From Camelus ferus (taxonomy: Eukaryota), in contig NC_045696.1 of the NCBI RefSeq assembly GCF_009834535.1, forward strand, positions 103,108,001 to 103,172,000: a DNA stretch of 64,000 nt, in the 5' to 3' direction. The notes under the pieces were generated by a model, which saw only the letters and a list, made by a program, of their open reading frames with translations, made no database searches and had not been told where the DNA came from. Numbering within the stretch: the stretch's first letter is position 1; each line of letters opens with the position of its first letter. This document shows positions 25,440 through 38,515 of this stretch, in pieces. Made by a program: the position numbers and the translations under genes.

Positions 25440-25941
25440 GTATTTAGTGTCTTAGGGCTGCCATAACAAAGTACCACAAACTGGGTGACTTAAAACAACA
25501 GAAGTTTATTGTCTCACAGTTCTGGAGACCAGAAGTGTAAAATCAAGGTGTTGATAGGGCCATGCTTCCTCTGAAGGTGCTAGGGAAGGCACTGTTCGCA
25601 CACGTCTCCCAGCTGCTTGTAGCCTCACGAGTTTTGTTCCTTAGCCTCTTGAGGCATCAGCCAGTCCTCCAGCTTCACATGGTTTTCTCCCTATGTGTCT
25701 TCGTACCATCTCGCTATGTGTCTTCACATCTGTGTGTTTTCACATCACCTCTGTGTACATGCCTGTCTCTGTCCAAATTTCTCCTTTTATAAGGACACTG
25801 GTAATACTGGATTAGTGCCTATTACTTCTTTTAAAAACCCGTTTTCCAAATAAAGTCACATTCTGAGGCACTAGGAGTTGGGACTTCAATATATCTTACT
25901 TGAGAGGGTTGGAGGTCACACAATTCAATCACATATTACCA
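25440..25941 (-). mobile_element. MLT1 (ERVL-MaLR) solo LTR
   Basis: agggctgccataacaaagtaccacaaactgggtgacttaaaacaacagaagtttatt...ccaaataaagtcacattctgagg. Confidence 0.9.
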
Positions 25942-25999
25942 TCTGAAAATTTAGATTATTTCTTCTATTTACTTTAAAATGTCATATTTAGATTGCTTT

Positions 26000-28450
26000 T
26001 TCTTGATTTTTCAACTTGACATATGCATTGATTTTGCATTGATTCCTACCATGGAAGATGAAGCTTTAGCTCTCTTTTAGCGCTCCCACTCCCTATTCCC
26101 TCACCTCCAGACACACACAAACATATTTCCCCCTCTCTACAGTTTTTAACATTAAACTGTATTTAAAGTTTACTTAAGATAATGTAAATGGACACAGCTG
26201 GACCTTGTAGAATATTAGGATTACATTTCCTTTCTTATACACATTTTTGTTCTTTTTGTATTTATTCATTTGTTTCTTATCTATGTTCACATGACTAATT
26301 TGGCTCTAAACTCTGTGCTGTAGCTGGAAAACTTAATACAGTCAAACAGATTGTGTGACTTGTCAGTTCCATTTTCTTCTTGTAGACTTCCTTCTAAAAC
26401 CGTCTGTCTTCCTGCTTCAGTGTGAACTAACTGCTCCTGGCCATTGCACAGCTCTCATCCTAGAGTTTCTCTTTATGATCATCCTAGGAACTCCCTTCAC
26501 CATTCCCCTGCATAGGATTCCTTTATTTCCTGGCTTTTATGCCTTACTCCTGGTTTATATCTCCATTTTGATGGAGCAGTTACACAGGCAGCTTCCTAAG
26601 AAAGCTTGCATATCTGGAAATTTGTTTAAACCTCCTAGACTGGAGATTATTTTCCTTCAGAATTTGGGAAGTACTGCTCCATTCTCTTCTTGTTTCCTTT
26701 GCTGTCAAGAAGTCTTATGCCATTCTGATTCTGAATCTGTGTGTGTGACCTATTTTCATTTCTGAAATCTTTTTAGAATCTTCCCTTTACCACTGCTGTT
26801 TAATAATGTGATGATGTGTACCTTAGTATGGGTCTTTTTTCGTTTGTTTTGCTGTCAGTCTTTTTAGACTTGAAGCTGATGCCCTTCCATTCCAAGAAAC
26901 TTTTCTGAATTATTTCTTTTATAATTTCCTCCTCACCATTTGTTGTTGTTCTCTCTTTCTGGGACTCCTTTCGCTAGATGTTAGACTTTTTTGGATTAAT
27001 TCTTCTGATTTTCGTATCTCTTCTTATCTATTTCCTATATTATACCCCTGTTCTACTCTGTAGGAGATTTCTTCAACATATCTTTTAAATTTTTTATTTA
27101 ATCATTTTTAATTTCTAAAAGTGTGTCCTTATCCTCTGCCATTCCTTTTTTATAGCATCTTGTTCTTACAATGAATGAAATTTCTTTTATTTCTCTGAAG
27201 ATAGTAATCTAGATTTTCTTCTATTCTCAGTATTTTCTGTTTTCTCCAAATTGCTTTTTTTTTCTTTTTCTTTTCTTATTCTTTGGGCTTGTCAGGTGAG
27301 ACTTGGCTATTTCTGCAGAGGATCTCCAAATATCACTTCCTATATGTATATTCTTTCTCTTAGGCTAGGTAGAGATCTGTTCTCCAGACTTTTCTGCAGA
27401 GAATAAAACTGACTTCCAGTGGTTTGGAAGTTAACCAGGGAACTGGGGTCTTACTACATAGTGAATACTATGATACACCCCACCCAGGTACCCCACCCCG
27501 ACAATGTCCCTTCAGGACTGAGGACATATTCCCTTGGCAGCAGGAATAGGTTAAAGTTATGCCCCTTGCCCACAAAAGCCACAGGTCTAATGCCTGATCA
27601 ACAAGGAGGTGTCAAGGCCCAGCCAACCTGATTGCCCCAGTTCAGGACAAGTCTGAGGGGGCCTTCCTAGTCTGAGATCTGTATACTACTGGCCAAGGAG
27701 TTCATTAAGAATGAATCACAGCCCAACTTCTCCCTGTGCCCAATTCTGCTCCTTCCTATCTTCCTTCCCTTTACAGGTATTGATTCCACAAAACTCACTA
27801 ATAAACTTCCTGCATGTTTATCTCCATCTCAGAGACTGTTTCTTAAAGATGTTATACTTCCTAGCCTGATTCCTAGTGACACATTGTACAGTAGTTATAC
27901 TTTCATGAATCCCCTGTTTTCAGTAGGGCACCTGGCCTCTCCTCACGCCCCACCCATCCAGTTCCCTGTGCCTGGAATACCCAAGGCTAGAGCAGCCCCT
28001 AGTCAACCTCTCCAAAAGATAAACCATGGGAGTTATGCTGGAGTAGAAGGCAAATAATCACATGACCACCTACCTGCTTATTGTACAAAATTTTCAACTA
28101 AAAGCCTAATAACCTCACTCCATACTATAGCATTAAAATGTACCTGAAGCCCGTATCTCCTGAGCTTTTGCAGACTTCCACAGTTCAAATCAACTTGCTT
28201 CTTGTTGACCTCCCACCCTGGTGGCTTGTGGTGCAGCTTATTCCTGTCTGTCAGATCATTTCACACTTATCTATTCAGTTTTCAATTTCTTACATTTTGT
28301 TAACAACTCATATATAGTATTGGATTCTCTAATTCGCTCTTCATCTGTCTTTGTAAGTCTATGCCCTTTTTTATAATTAATTGTTCTTTTAATAGGTTGG
28401 GAAAGAAGCAAAAATAAGCATGTGTTCAGTCTGCTATGTGTATTTGAAAG
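26000..28450 (-). mobile_element. Old HAL1/L1M ORF1-region relic (antisense), interrupted by an LTR
   Basis: T-rich motifs such as tctgaattatttcttttataatttcctcctc...ctctctttctgggactcct...gatgttagac; boundaries approximate. Confidence 0.5.
27470..27850 (+). mobile_element. LTR16-like ERVL solo LTR
   Basis: cccttcaggactgagg...cacagcccaacttctccctgtgcccaattctgct...aataaacttcctgcatg...catctcagagactgtttc. Confidence 0.7.
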
Positions 28451-28885
28451 TACTGCACTCTTCAGGAAACAATGGAATTTTGAGGAATATCAGAAGATTT
28501 AGTGGGTTTTCATTTGCTTTATTGAGGAGTACTCTAGCTTTGTTGTGAAAATTAGGGAATAACCCTGTAGAGGTTATTTTTGTCCATTTATCGCCTGTCA
28601 TTATAGTCTATTAGGGATTGAGTCAGTAATTGAGGTTTGTAAGTAATTGGAGTTTATTGTAGTTCATGAATTGAATTTTTTCTCCCTCAACTACAACTCC
28701 CTCAACTTTTGAGAGCCTGTGAATACTTTTGAATCTTTTAGTCTCTATCTCTTATTAATACTCTGTGTCCTCAATATATTTACTGTGTCCCCTTAGGATC
28801 CAGAATTATTTGATAGGAAGTTTATATGAAACTAGCCATGTGTATTTTTTAAGCAGTATTTGTGTTTATTTGTTTGTTTGGCTAG

Positions 28886-28975
28886 AGCTCCAGAACTGTT
28901 TTGTTATATAGCCAAAAATAGCCAAGAGGATGTGTTCTACGAAGATGATATTTGGCCTGGAGAAAATGAGAATGG
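28886..28975 (+). CDS. XRN1: XRN1 coding exon (~26)
   Basis: gctag|A...GG|gtaagc; APELFCYIAKNSQEDVFYEDDIWPGENEN(G). Confidence 0.96.
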
Positions 28976-29349
28976 GTAAGCAAAATTTGTGGGATTTATT
29001 GCCTCATAGTTCAACTTGGTGGTTCCATTGAAAGGTACAGCAGTTAGTTTCTCAAGAATTTATATTACTTTTGGTAGGAAGGTTTTGTATTGTTTTGTTC
29101 TTGCTTTAAGATCTTAATATAATTTTTTTATTTCACTTAGATCAGTAAAGTACTGAAAAGTAACTTTAACTATAAATTAAATGAGATGTTCATGTTTATA
29201 TTAGATTTATAATTACTACTAATTAAGTGTAGTGGTTAATTATATATTTAATGTCTTTTATAATTCACAGCCCTCAAAAGTTTGTATCAAACCTTTCTAT
29301 AACTCCTCAGAAAGTTTTAATTAATGTGAAAAAATTGTTTTTAATATAG

Positions 29350-29485
29350 TGCTGAGAAAGTTCAAGAAATTATAACTTGGCTAAAGGGGCATCCTGTGAG
29401 CACTTTGTCTCGTTCTTCTTGTGATTTACAAATTCTGGATGCAGCTATTGTTGAGAAAATTGAAGAAGAAGTTGAAAAGTGCAAG
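29350..29485 (+). CDS. XRN1: XRN1 coding exon (~27)
   Basis: tatag|T...AAG|gtacta; AEKVQEIITWLKGHPVSTLSRSSCDLQILDAAIVEKIEEEVEKCK. Confidence 0.96.
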
Positions 29486-30169
29486 GTACTAAATTACAAT
29501 AAAGAAGGTTGCTAATGAGATTTGAAGTTAAATGAACTGTATATTAGTCCGCAAATGATTTATTTGTGTTTCAATCAGATAAAACATATACTCAGTGATT
29601 CTAAATTATGTCAAATGATTCTGTAATTTAAAAAAATGTTCTAGCCATTTCCAATGTCTGTTAAGTTTATCTAAATAAATATAAATGCTACATCAATATA
29701 AAGCCATAGCATTTATAGTTTATGTCCTTGTAGTGTTTCTAATTTTAAGAATTAATATTTTATGATTCTAGTCAAGATAGAAGATTTGTGATTGAGAAAT
29801 AGCGTTAACCCCCTATTCTTTCATATTCTTCTGAGACACAGTTCATCTTTTTATAGAACATAAAAATTGTATTTATTTAACTTTTACAGAATCATTTCTA
29901 AAATATACTTTTCCACTGACAAACTCATTCAATTATGAAGTATTTTTAAAATCCCACTTAAACTAGCCTTTTTTATGTCTTAATTTTAAAAAACAAAAAC
30001 CTATATAGCCTTAGCTGTTTTATCTAATTTGATTCCCTATATTGATGCAATAGAAAATAGATTAATTATATTCCTTTTTTAACTTTTTTATTTTTCAATA
30101 TTTGCCTTTTTACTAAAATGATATTACTTTGCTAACACAGCACTCTCTTGTTTGAACTAATAGCAGAAT

Positions 30170-30400
30170 AAGTTAAGAACTGGGCTTTTTTAAAACCTTC
30201 CCGCATCTCTCTTTCAATACTGAAAACCTTAGGCAAGATAGTTGACCTTTCCATTCCTCCATTTCCTCATTGGTAAAATGAGAGTAAAATAATACCTATT
30301 TCATATGGTTCTCAAAAGAATTAACTGAGTTAATACATAAAAACTCCTAATAATGTGTAGTTATTATTAATGCTTAATAATACTTAGCTATTACTATTTG
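30170..30400 (+). mobile_element. MIR SINE
   Basis: tttcctcattggtaaaatgagagtaaaataatacctatttcatatggtt. Confidence 0.65.
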
Positions 30401-30604
30401 AATTCTCTTATCACACATTCAAGAGCTGAGAATATGATCTGGAAAATCACCACTAGATGACTCCTCTTACCTTTAAGAAAAAATGTTAGGCTCAGAGCCA
30501 AGAGTTTGATATTTTGAAAGGTTATTGATACTCAGTTGAGGATGGAGAGCCTTCATTTCTTTTTGTCTTTTAATGTAAAGTCTATTTGTCCAGCATTGTT
30601 CTTG

Positions 30605-30733
30605 TTTAAGGAGGGAAGGTAACTAGATTTGTTTATTTGTTTGTTTGTTTATTTAATGGAGGCCCTGGGGATTGAACCCAGGACCTCGTGCATGCTAAGC
30701 ACCTGCTCTACCACTGACCTATACCTTCCCCCC
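30605..30733 (-). mobile_element. tRNA-derived SINE (vic-1-like)
   Basis: ggggattgaacccaggacctcgtgcatgctaagcacctgctctaccactgacctatacc; degenerate TSD cagcattgttcttg/caggattgtttttg. Confidence 0.9.
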
Positions 30734-31092
30734 AGGATTGTTTTTGAAATGAGTTTTCCACTTACAATCTTAAGCCTCCAAATTTTATTTGAACCCATTT
30801 GGATGTGGAGCTTTCTAAATGTTTTACACATTTTTCCCTTACTTTGCAAACTGAAGATCCATATACAAAGTTGTAGTCAATTATTTTGATTACATTTTCA
30901 TATAGGAATAAAAACCTGTTAATGTGTCAAGGTGTAGCTATGAGATTTTTTCCCCCTTTTCAGTGTTAGAATGTTATTAGGGTAATAAAGATAAGAAGAA
31001 GAAAAAACTAAAAAATGAACAATATTCTGAACATAATTTTAACTTTTTACTGCAGGGTCATCATTAAAAGTATCTGTAGTTTTCTTATTGGA

Positions 31093-31420
31093 CAGTGATT
31101 CCCAGACTCAGCTAATTATCAAAATTACTGGAGGAGCTTTTTAAAAAACATGCATTCTGAACTCCATCTCCAGAGCAGTACTTCTTAAACTTTAATGTGC
31201 ACACGAATCACTGGGGGATCTTGTCAGAATACAGATTCTGATTCAGTCGCTCCAGGATGAGCCATTCTTGATAGTCTGCATTTCTAACAAGCTCCCAGGT
31301 GATCACATTTTGAGTAGTCATTCCCCAGAACTGTTCATTCATTCGGTAACTGTGGGTTGGAGCCTGTGGTGGAAATACCCTAGTTTATTAATTTGCCTAA
31401 CGAATCAGGTTTGAATGCTA
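31093..31420. mobile_element. MER5-family hAT-Charlie elements (one nested in another)
   Basis: cttcttaaactttaatgtgcacacgaatcactgggggatcttg...cagattctgattcagt...ctgcatttctaacaagctcccaggtgat, inside an older MER5-like copy. Confidence 0.75.
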
Positions 31421-31629
31421 ATATTCTCTAATCAGTGCTGTAATGTAACAATGCCTAGGGGTATGTTAGAGCATATGGGTTGTTTTTTCATATGCAGTCC
31501 TCTAGGCACAGTTATTGTGTCTGCTTTTTAAAATTACTTCAGATCTCTTCTCATATTCTTTCTTCTTGCTGTTGTCGGTAGGCGGTAGTTGTACTCTTAG
31601 CACTTCTAGTCTGTTGTGGACTGGAAACA

Positions 31630-31887
31630 GACACCTTGTTAGTAAGACCTTCGCTTTTCACCCTATTTAAAATTACAAATCTCTCCCCACACCAATCCCC
31701 CTTATCTGCTTTATTTTCCTCTATGCTTTTTACCTTCAAACATGCTATTTATTTTCCTTATTTTGTTTCTTGTGTGTCTTCCTCAACTAGAATAAAAGAA
31801 CAGTTCACTATTTTGTCCCCAGGACCTAAATCAATAAATGGCACATAAATGGAACTCAGTAAATATTTACTGAAAGAAGAAATGAAA
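31630..31887 (+). mobile_element. L2 3' end
   Basis: ggcacataaatggaactcagtaaatatttactgaaagaagaaatgaa. Confidence 0.65.
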
Positions 31888-32918
31888 TATCTCTATAAAA
31901 AAAAGAAAATAGACTCTATTTAAAGGCTTGAGCGTTTCACACTATATAAATACAAAAACTCTGTAATGTATGGACTTTAGCTTAGGGCTGTTTTATGCCC
32001 TTCTGTGCTTACTTCCATAAGCTGTGTCCTAAAGATAGGTGACTACCTCACAAGTAAACTACTGCCATTTTTCTTGGTAGGTAAGAATCACTTTTTGAAA
32101 AAAATTAATGTGAATGGTAGTAATGGGTTGCAATGAATATAAATTTTCTCACATTTTTATTAGGTAGAACAGGTAGTAGTATTTCCGTCTTACAGATTGA
32201 AAGAAGCTGATGCTTACATGCAAAGTCACAGAATTAATTAGCAAAGATAGAAGAAAACTCTTCCTCCAGCATTGTTTAGTCAGAAATTCAAATATCAAAG
32301 CCATTTCCCCAAACCAAGGACATTGTAAATGAATGTCACCCTAATTTTTAATTTTTATAAGTAGCCACAAAACACATGATATTGACATAAATCAATCCTT
32401 TATAATGTTTTTTCTTTAATATAACTCTTTATTGACCATTGTAAACAATTCTTTTTACAGTAAAAAAAGCATTTGAATAGGATAGTTTTCATATAAAATT
32501 TAAAACAGACAAATATTATCTTTGTGTAAGAAGTAAGGTTACTTTGGGATAGAGTAGTAACTGGGAGGCAGTAGAGGAATTTTTTTTCTTAATTTCTTTT
32601 TTCAGAGGTTTTTAATGTTGTTCTTAGTAATGTTCTGTCTCTTGAACTGGGTTATACATAGGTTTATAATATAAAAATTCATCAGACTTTATACTTAGAA
32701 GTTTGCATTTTTCTATTATGTCATATGTCAACCAAAAATTTTTACTTTAAAAAATTTTAAGAATTTATTTATTCCTCCTTACTTGTATCTAAAGAAAGTC
32801 AAATTATCTTGAACTTACTCATTTCTTTCGGCTTTTTAAAGTTCAGATGTGTCCAAATGCTGAATAATAATTTTAAAATTTAGTATTTTTAAGTGGTTTC
32901 AAAATTTTCTTTTCTCAG

Positions 32919-32975
32919 CAAAGAAAGACTAATAAGAAGGTTCGAGTGACAGTGAAGCCCCATTTGCTGTACAGA
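32919..32975 (+). CDS. XRN1: XRN1 coding exon (~28)
   Basis: ctcag|CAA...AGA|gtaagt; QRKTNKKVRVTVKPHLLYR. Confidence 0.95.
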
Positions 32976-33111
32976 GTAAGTTTCCTGTCAAATAGTTCAA
33001 AGTTGTTTTTGCTTTGAAAGTATAGAAGGAACAAAATATTTTCAATATATTAGTAGAAAAACTTTTTTAAATTAGAGTTAATAATAATAATTAAATCTAT
33101 CTTCTCTTCAG

Positions 33112-33244
33112 CCTTTAGAACAGCAACATGGAGTCATTCCTGATCGGGATGCAGAATTTCGTCTCTTTGACCGTGTTGTAAATGTGAGAGAGAACTTTTC
33201 CGTTCCAGTCGGCCTTCGGGGCACCATCATAGGCATTAAAGGGG
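33112..33244 (+). CDS. XRN1: XRN1 coding exon (~29), SH3-like domain
   Basis: ttcag|CCT...G|gtaata; PLEQQHGVIPDRDAEFRLFDRVVNVRENFSVPVGLRGTIIGIKG. Confidence 0.96.
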
Positions 33245-33759
33245 GTAATAATGCAATACTTGACATGTCTTCAGCTGCATTTTTACTGTAAAGTAAAACA
33301 TAAATTTGTGTGTCCTATATGTAAGCAGAAAGCAACTATAATCAAGAAAAACACTAAATCCTTTTATGTTTTAGTTAAATTTTCTTTTTCAGTTTTAGTT
33401 AGAGAAATTTGTCCTTTTCTGTCTTGTGTAATCAGCTGGGAAGTGATTAAAAGATAGGGAAGTTGAGGAATGGCTGCTGAAAATTTGGTAGCTTGTGTAT
33501 AGCACATTAAAATTATCCAAGACCTTGGTGAGAATACATACATTTTCATGAAACCAAAAGAAACATTTTGTCATGCCTCCTTAGTTCTTGTTCAGGGCTT
33601 TACCTTAATTTTCATTGTAATTTCCTGATTTCTGTGGAGAAATAAACATAATTTATGAGCTTATTTATAGCTGAAATATTTGAAAGTTAAATGTGCATAT
33701 TAATTTGAACTTTATGACTACAACCTAGATTATGTATATAAAACAGACCTGTCAGTCTG

Positions 33760-33860
33760 TTGCACAATGATGTGCATCTTAGTTAACACTGTAGTACAGT
33801 ACACTTGAAGATGGTTACAATGGTAAATTTTGTTATGTGTTTTTTTACCAAAAAAAAAAA
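33760..33860 (+). mobile_element. L1 3' terminal fragment with A-tail
   Basis: gtacacttgaagatggttacaatggtaaattttgttatgtgtttttttacc followed by an A run. Confidence 0.75.
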
Positions 33861-34094
33861 GATGAGAGAGTGAAAATAAAATGAAAGAATTAGCCACAGA
33901 CCTAAAAGTGCCTCAGAGGGATGCCGGGAGTGAGTAGCTTTGCTGCATAGATTGCAAAAAAAGTCAACCCAACACGAAGCAGCCAATCAGGTACCTAGGG
34001 ATCAGGGTGCTTGCAGCACTGTCCCTCCATGTCCCAGGCACTCAACTTTGGTCTCACTGTCCAGAAAGGAGGAAGAGCAGACAGGCCGTGAGCC

Positions 34095-34290
34095 TAAGAG
34101 AACTGCTTATTTAGTGCCAACGTGTGCCAGGCACTTTTACATTTTGCATTTAACCCTCACAACCACGTAAGAGGTAGATATTATTTTCTCACCTAAGAGG
34201 TTAAGTGACTTGCCTGAGTTGACACAGATGAGTAGCAGAGCTGGGATCTGAACTCTTTCCCCTGATTCTTCTCTAACTTTGAGCAGTGGT
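34095..34290 (-). mobile_element. MIR SINE
   Basis: catttaaccctcacaaccacgtaagaggtagatattatt...gaggttaagtgacttgcctgag. Confidence 0.75.
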
Positions 34291-35074
34291 TCTATACATT
34301 TTCCATCTGCACATCCTCTTGGGGTCTTCCCTGCCAACCTACCTCAAAAAGAAAATTTTCTTCCCTGATTCTTCTTTGAAGTTTTTGGATATATTTCTGG
34401 CTGCTGAAAATGGAGGAAGGAAGATCTGGGCTAGTCATGGTAAGGGTCAGATGGGTGTAACGAAGCAACCTGCTTGCTGCTGTCTGCTCAACCTGAGACA
34501 TCAGCTGTTCAAATGTTGAGCTTATTGCATTGTACTCTAACGAGGTTGTCCTGAAAAGACCTTACGACTCTGATAACAGAAGTTTCCTTTCTTCTGACAA
34601 CTCCTGTCAGTAATGGTGACCATTTGGGATTTTATCTTGAGAAGGATTTTAGAGCTATATCTACACGGAGTGGAAAAAACTCAATCATTGATTAACCATG
34701 TCTGCTGTGGACATGGAATAGGAAGGGGAGTGTTTGTCTTACTGCTCTCAGCTAATACCTCATGTCCATAGTCATCTCCACTAAAGGGGGTGAACAATTC
34801 TCTTATCAATAATCTTTTGAGGAAGTTGCTCCTCCGTCAGACGAGAAACGGGAACCTAGAAGTGGGCCTTAAGCCTTCAGAGGAGAAACTCCTGCCTCTC
34901 ATTAAGCCCCACTTTCCTGGGTTTAAATTTTAGGTAAAAGTGTCAGGTGAAAGGTACAGCCGGATGGGGAGAATGAGGAAGCTCTGCAGGCCTTGTTTTA
35001 ATTGGGCAATGAGGGACTGGGAGTGAGGGTGACATTCTCCAACCCCTACCAGGGGCTAGCATAGTGTCAGATAC

Positions 35075-35160
35075 CATATTAGTCAGGGTTCTCCAGAGAA
35101 ATAGAACTAATAGGATGGAAAGGGGTTGGGGTGGAGGTGGGGAGAGAAATAGAGAGAGGG
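35075..35160 (-). mobile_element. MLT2 (ERVL) LTR terminal fragment
   Basis: tattagtcagggttctccagagaaatagaactaatagga. Confidence 0.65.
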
Positions 35161-35574
35161 ACTGAGTTCTGAATTTCTGTGGTAGACACAATTATTAACT
35201 TGGGCTTAGAATTCAAACATTGTTACAGCTAATTACTTCACCTTGACATTTTGGTAAATTTAAACTTTCAGTTATGTCCCATCACCCTCTCTGCCAGATT
35301 ATTCTTCTCTGTTCCTAATTAAGTTTATTGTGCCACTGTCTTTCTCATGTGTCTTATGTCTCAATTATGACATCCATTATCTGACAAGTTATCTCAGCCA
35401 GAACCTTGCAGTCATCTTTGACATCTCTATTTTTATCTACACAGGTTACAAACTCTTGCCAATTCTATTTAATAATATATCCATTCTCCATTCTGTTCCC
35501 CACATTCCTGCCACATCTTCAAATCTTTATTTCCATTGTCTAATTAGAAGACCTTCTAAACTGCAAACTCCAAA

Positions 35575-35692
35575 GGGCAGGGTGTGGAACTAGGTTTATT
35601 TATCTGTTTATTTTATGGAGGTACTGGGGATTGAACCCAGGACTTCTTGCATGCTAAACATGTGCTCTGCCACTTGAGCTATACCTTCCCCC
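35575..35692 (-). mobile_element. tRNA-derived SINE (vic-1-like)
   Basis: ggaggtactggggattgaacccaggacttcttgcatgctaaacatgtgctctgccacttgagctatacc. Confidence 0.9.
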
Positions 35693-35939
35693 TTTGTATT
35701 AACTCTTTTTATGAATAATTTCCAATATATACAAAAACAGAGAAAAATATAATTAATTCCCGCAACATCTAATTTAAAATATTATTATTTTACTTTAATT
35801 TAATACCAGTAAGGTAATCTGTGAGCTTATTTACTTTTCACTCGCTGTTTGTATTGATAGTTGTAATGCTTCTTATACTCCAAAAACTTATATACTGATT
35901 TTTTTATCATACGATTTTTCAATCTCTTTCTTTAAACAG

Positions 35940-36009
35940 CTAACAGAGAAGCTGATGTACTATTTGAAGTATTATTTGATGAAGAATTTCCCGGAGGCTT
36001 AACAATAAG
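35940..36009 (+). CDS. XRN1: XRN1 coding exon (~30)
   Basis: aacag|CT...AG|gtttgt; (A)NREADVLFEVLFDEEFPGGLTI(R). Confidence 0.96.
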
Positions 36010-36069
36010 GTTTGTATTTCCAGATGATAATTACACTTTGTGAATGTGTCCATGTGGCCAATGACTTTG

Positions 36070-36900
36070 CATCATTTGTTTGTTCACAACTTGAATTCCT
36101 AGTATGTAAAAAGGCATCATACTTGCAACTAGAGATGTAACAGTGAATAAGACAGGCATGGTTTCCACCCTTATGAGCTTTCATTGTAGTAGGAAATATA
36201 ATTAACTTATTACAATATTATTTTTTAACTAAAATGTGACAAGTGCTGGGAAGAAAAAATTTAGGTTTCTTTAAGAGTGTGATCTGTCCTGAGAGTTCTA
36301 CAAAGGCTTTCCTGAAGAAGTGATATTTAAAATGGGACATGAAGAATAAATAATAGGTAACTGGTGGAAGAGGGAGGAAGAGGGACAAGAGGTCAGGAAG
36401 AAAGAATAGCATATGCAACAGAGGACATTTTCACTCATTTAAAAACAAGGAATGCAAGTGTGTCAACTTCAGCAACTGTGTAAGATTAGGTAAGAGAGAA
36501 GAGGAACCGTGCAGGAACTTGTAAGCTAACTTTCAGGACATGCTTAGGATCTTTGGATCTTGGTCTTTATCCTTAAAGCAGTGTGAAGCCATCAAAATAA
36601 GAGATGTGACATGATCAGATTTGCATTTTTTTAATGGTTGAATAACTTGAAGAATAGAAATGTTCTTTGAATTGAGTGACATGTTAACTCTTTGTCATTT
36701 ATTTTACTGGAGTTGTGAGTGCTCAAGCCAGACTGGAGTGGTTTGAGGAATGAATGACAGTTATAATAATAGAGGCAAGAAATTGAGCTGACCCTTGAAA
36801 AGTTTGACCATGAAGGGTAGAAAAGATGACCGGCTGTTAGGAGATTTAAAGGAAGAGGATTGGATTGTTTGCTTTTAATTTAACATGACTAAGGCTTACT
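36070..36900 (-). mobile_element. L2 relics
   Basis: ggcttcctgaagaagtgatattt-like motif; gtgacatgatcagatttgcatttt. Confidence 0.6.
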
Positions 36901-38307
36901 CAAGTCTATTCTAGGGGAGCATTAATAGAAAGAAAGTTTTAAGCTATGGGGAAAACATCATGATAGAATGAGAGGTACCATGGAATATTAGAAAGTGTGT
37001 GCTCTCTCACTTAACCTTTGTGTTACCTTGGGTAGGTTAGTTAAATGCTCTCTGACCCTCAATTTCCTCATCTGTAATGAAAATGTATACTTCACTAGGT
37101 TATTTTGAGGATCGAATGAAATCCTTTCTAGTTTTCCTTTCCTCCTTCTAAAAACCAGCTGAAAAACAAGTTTGCTTAGTTTTTTTCCCTCCTCTGTTTT
37201 GTTTACTAAGTAATTAAAATAAAAAATTAATTACTCTTCTTTAGCATCTTTGCATAAAAGCACAATTAGTCCTAATACCAGATTATCACCTTCAGAATGC
37301 TATTATTGTTTTGTAACGTGAATGTACCTGTTAGCCAAAGACTTTACTATCTGTGCTCTTAAATGCAGCAGCAGAGTCTGGATCCCATACCTGATTTTAT
37401 TTTCCATGAAAATGGTTAGTTACCAATAACCTTAGCCAAATAACTTTGAAATGTATTTTTCAAATGATTAACTTTTTCTCAGGGTCTTTTTTTTTCCCCT
37501 CCTAGGTTAAGGCACTGATTCTTGACTGATAGAGAGCTAAGTAAAAGATTACCTGCCTGCAGTATATTCATTTCTATAATGCAGAATCGTTAAGTATAGT
37601 TATCACAAAAATATTTTCTAGAAATCTAACAAAGATTTCTCATGGAAGAATTCTACTTCTCCTGATCTCAGCATATAAGAAAATTATATTCTTATAGAGT
37701 TGAAAACTTCTGACCAGAGCAGGCTTATTTTAATATCTAAACACTTTTACCAAGGCCAGGAAGGAAGGAAATCACAAATACTTGTCTCTTAAGTATAGAA
37801 CTTTAGATGGGAAGATGAGAATAAAAAGAGCAGAACTCAACAGTTGATCAGGAGACAAACGTGATCAAAGCTATTGTTTGCCCTGTTGCGTAGGTAGAGC
37901 CACACTTAGAATGGCTCCTCACTGAGCAGCTTCATAACCTAGACTGTACAACAAGCCACTGTTTTTTAAAAGAAGTTTGACATTTAATTCATAAGTTTTT
38001 AGTTAACTCAGCTATTATGTTGCAAGCCTTCTGAGGGCAAACTAACACACACATGAACACACACCCCTACACACACAACTGCACCTCTGGAACAGTTTTT
38101 TCCCCACTTAGTAGCACTGAATAGTCAATTCAGAAATACATCATCTTCTAAATTGAGATCTTCCTATGAGTCAAGTTCCTCTACTGAATTTAAAAGTAGT
38201 ATGTATTAATTCAGATTATAGACTATCCAAACAAAATTTGATTCTTCTGCTCTCTAGCACATTTAGTATTCGTTCCCTCTGACCTTGACATAACTTTTTA
38301 CTTTTAG

Positions 38308-38515
38308 GTGCTCACCTGGTAGAGGTTATCGACTGCCAACAAGTGCCTTGGTGAACCTTTCTCATGGGAGTCGCTCTGAAACCGGAAGTCAGAAGTTGAC
38401 AGCGATCGTGAAACCACAACCAGCTGTGAATCACTATAGCTCAAATTCATCAATTTCATCTGGGCATTTGGGAGGCCTGAACCATTCCCCTCAATCACTT
38501 TTTGTTCCTACTCAA
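38308..38515 (+). CDS. XRN1: XRN1 coding exon (~31)
   Basis: tttag|G...CAA|gtaaga; CSPGRGYRLPTSALVNLSHGSRSETGSQKLTAIVKPQPAVNHYSSNSSISSGHLGGLNHSPQSLFVPTQ. Confidence 0.96.
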
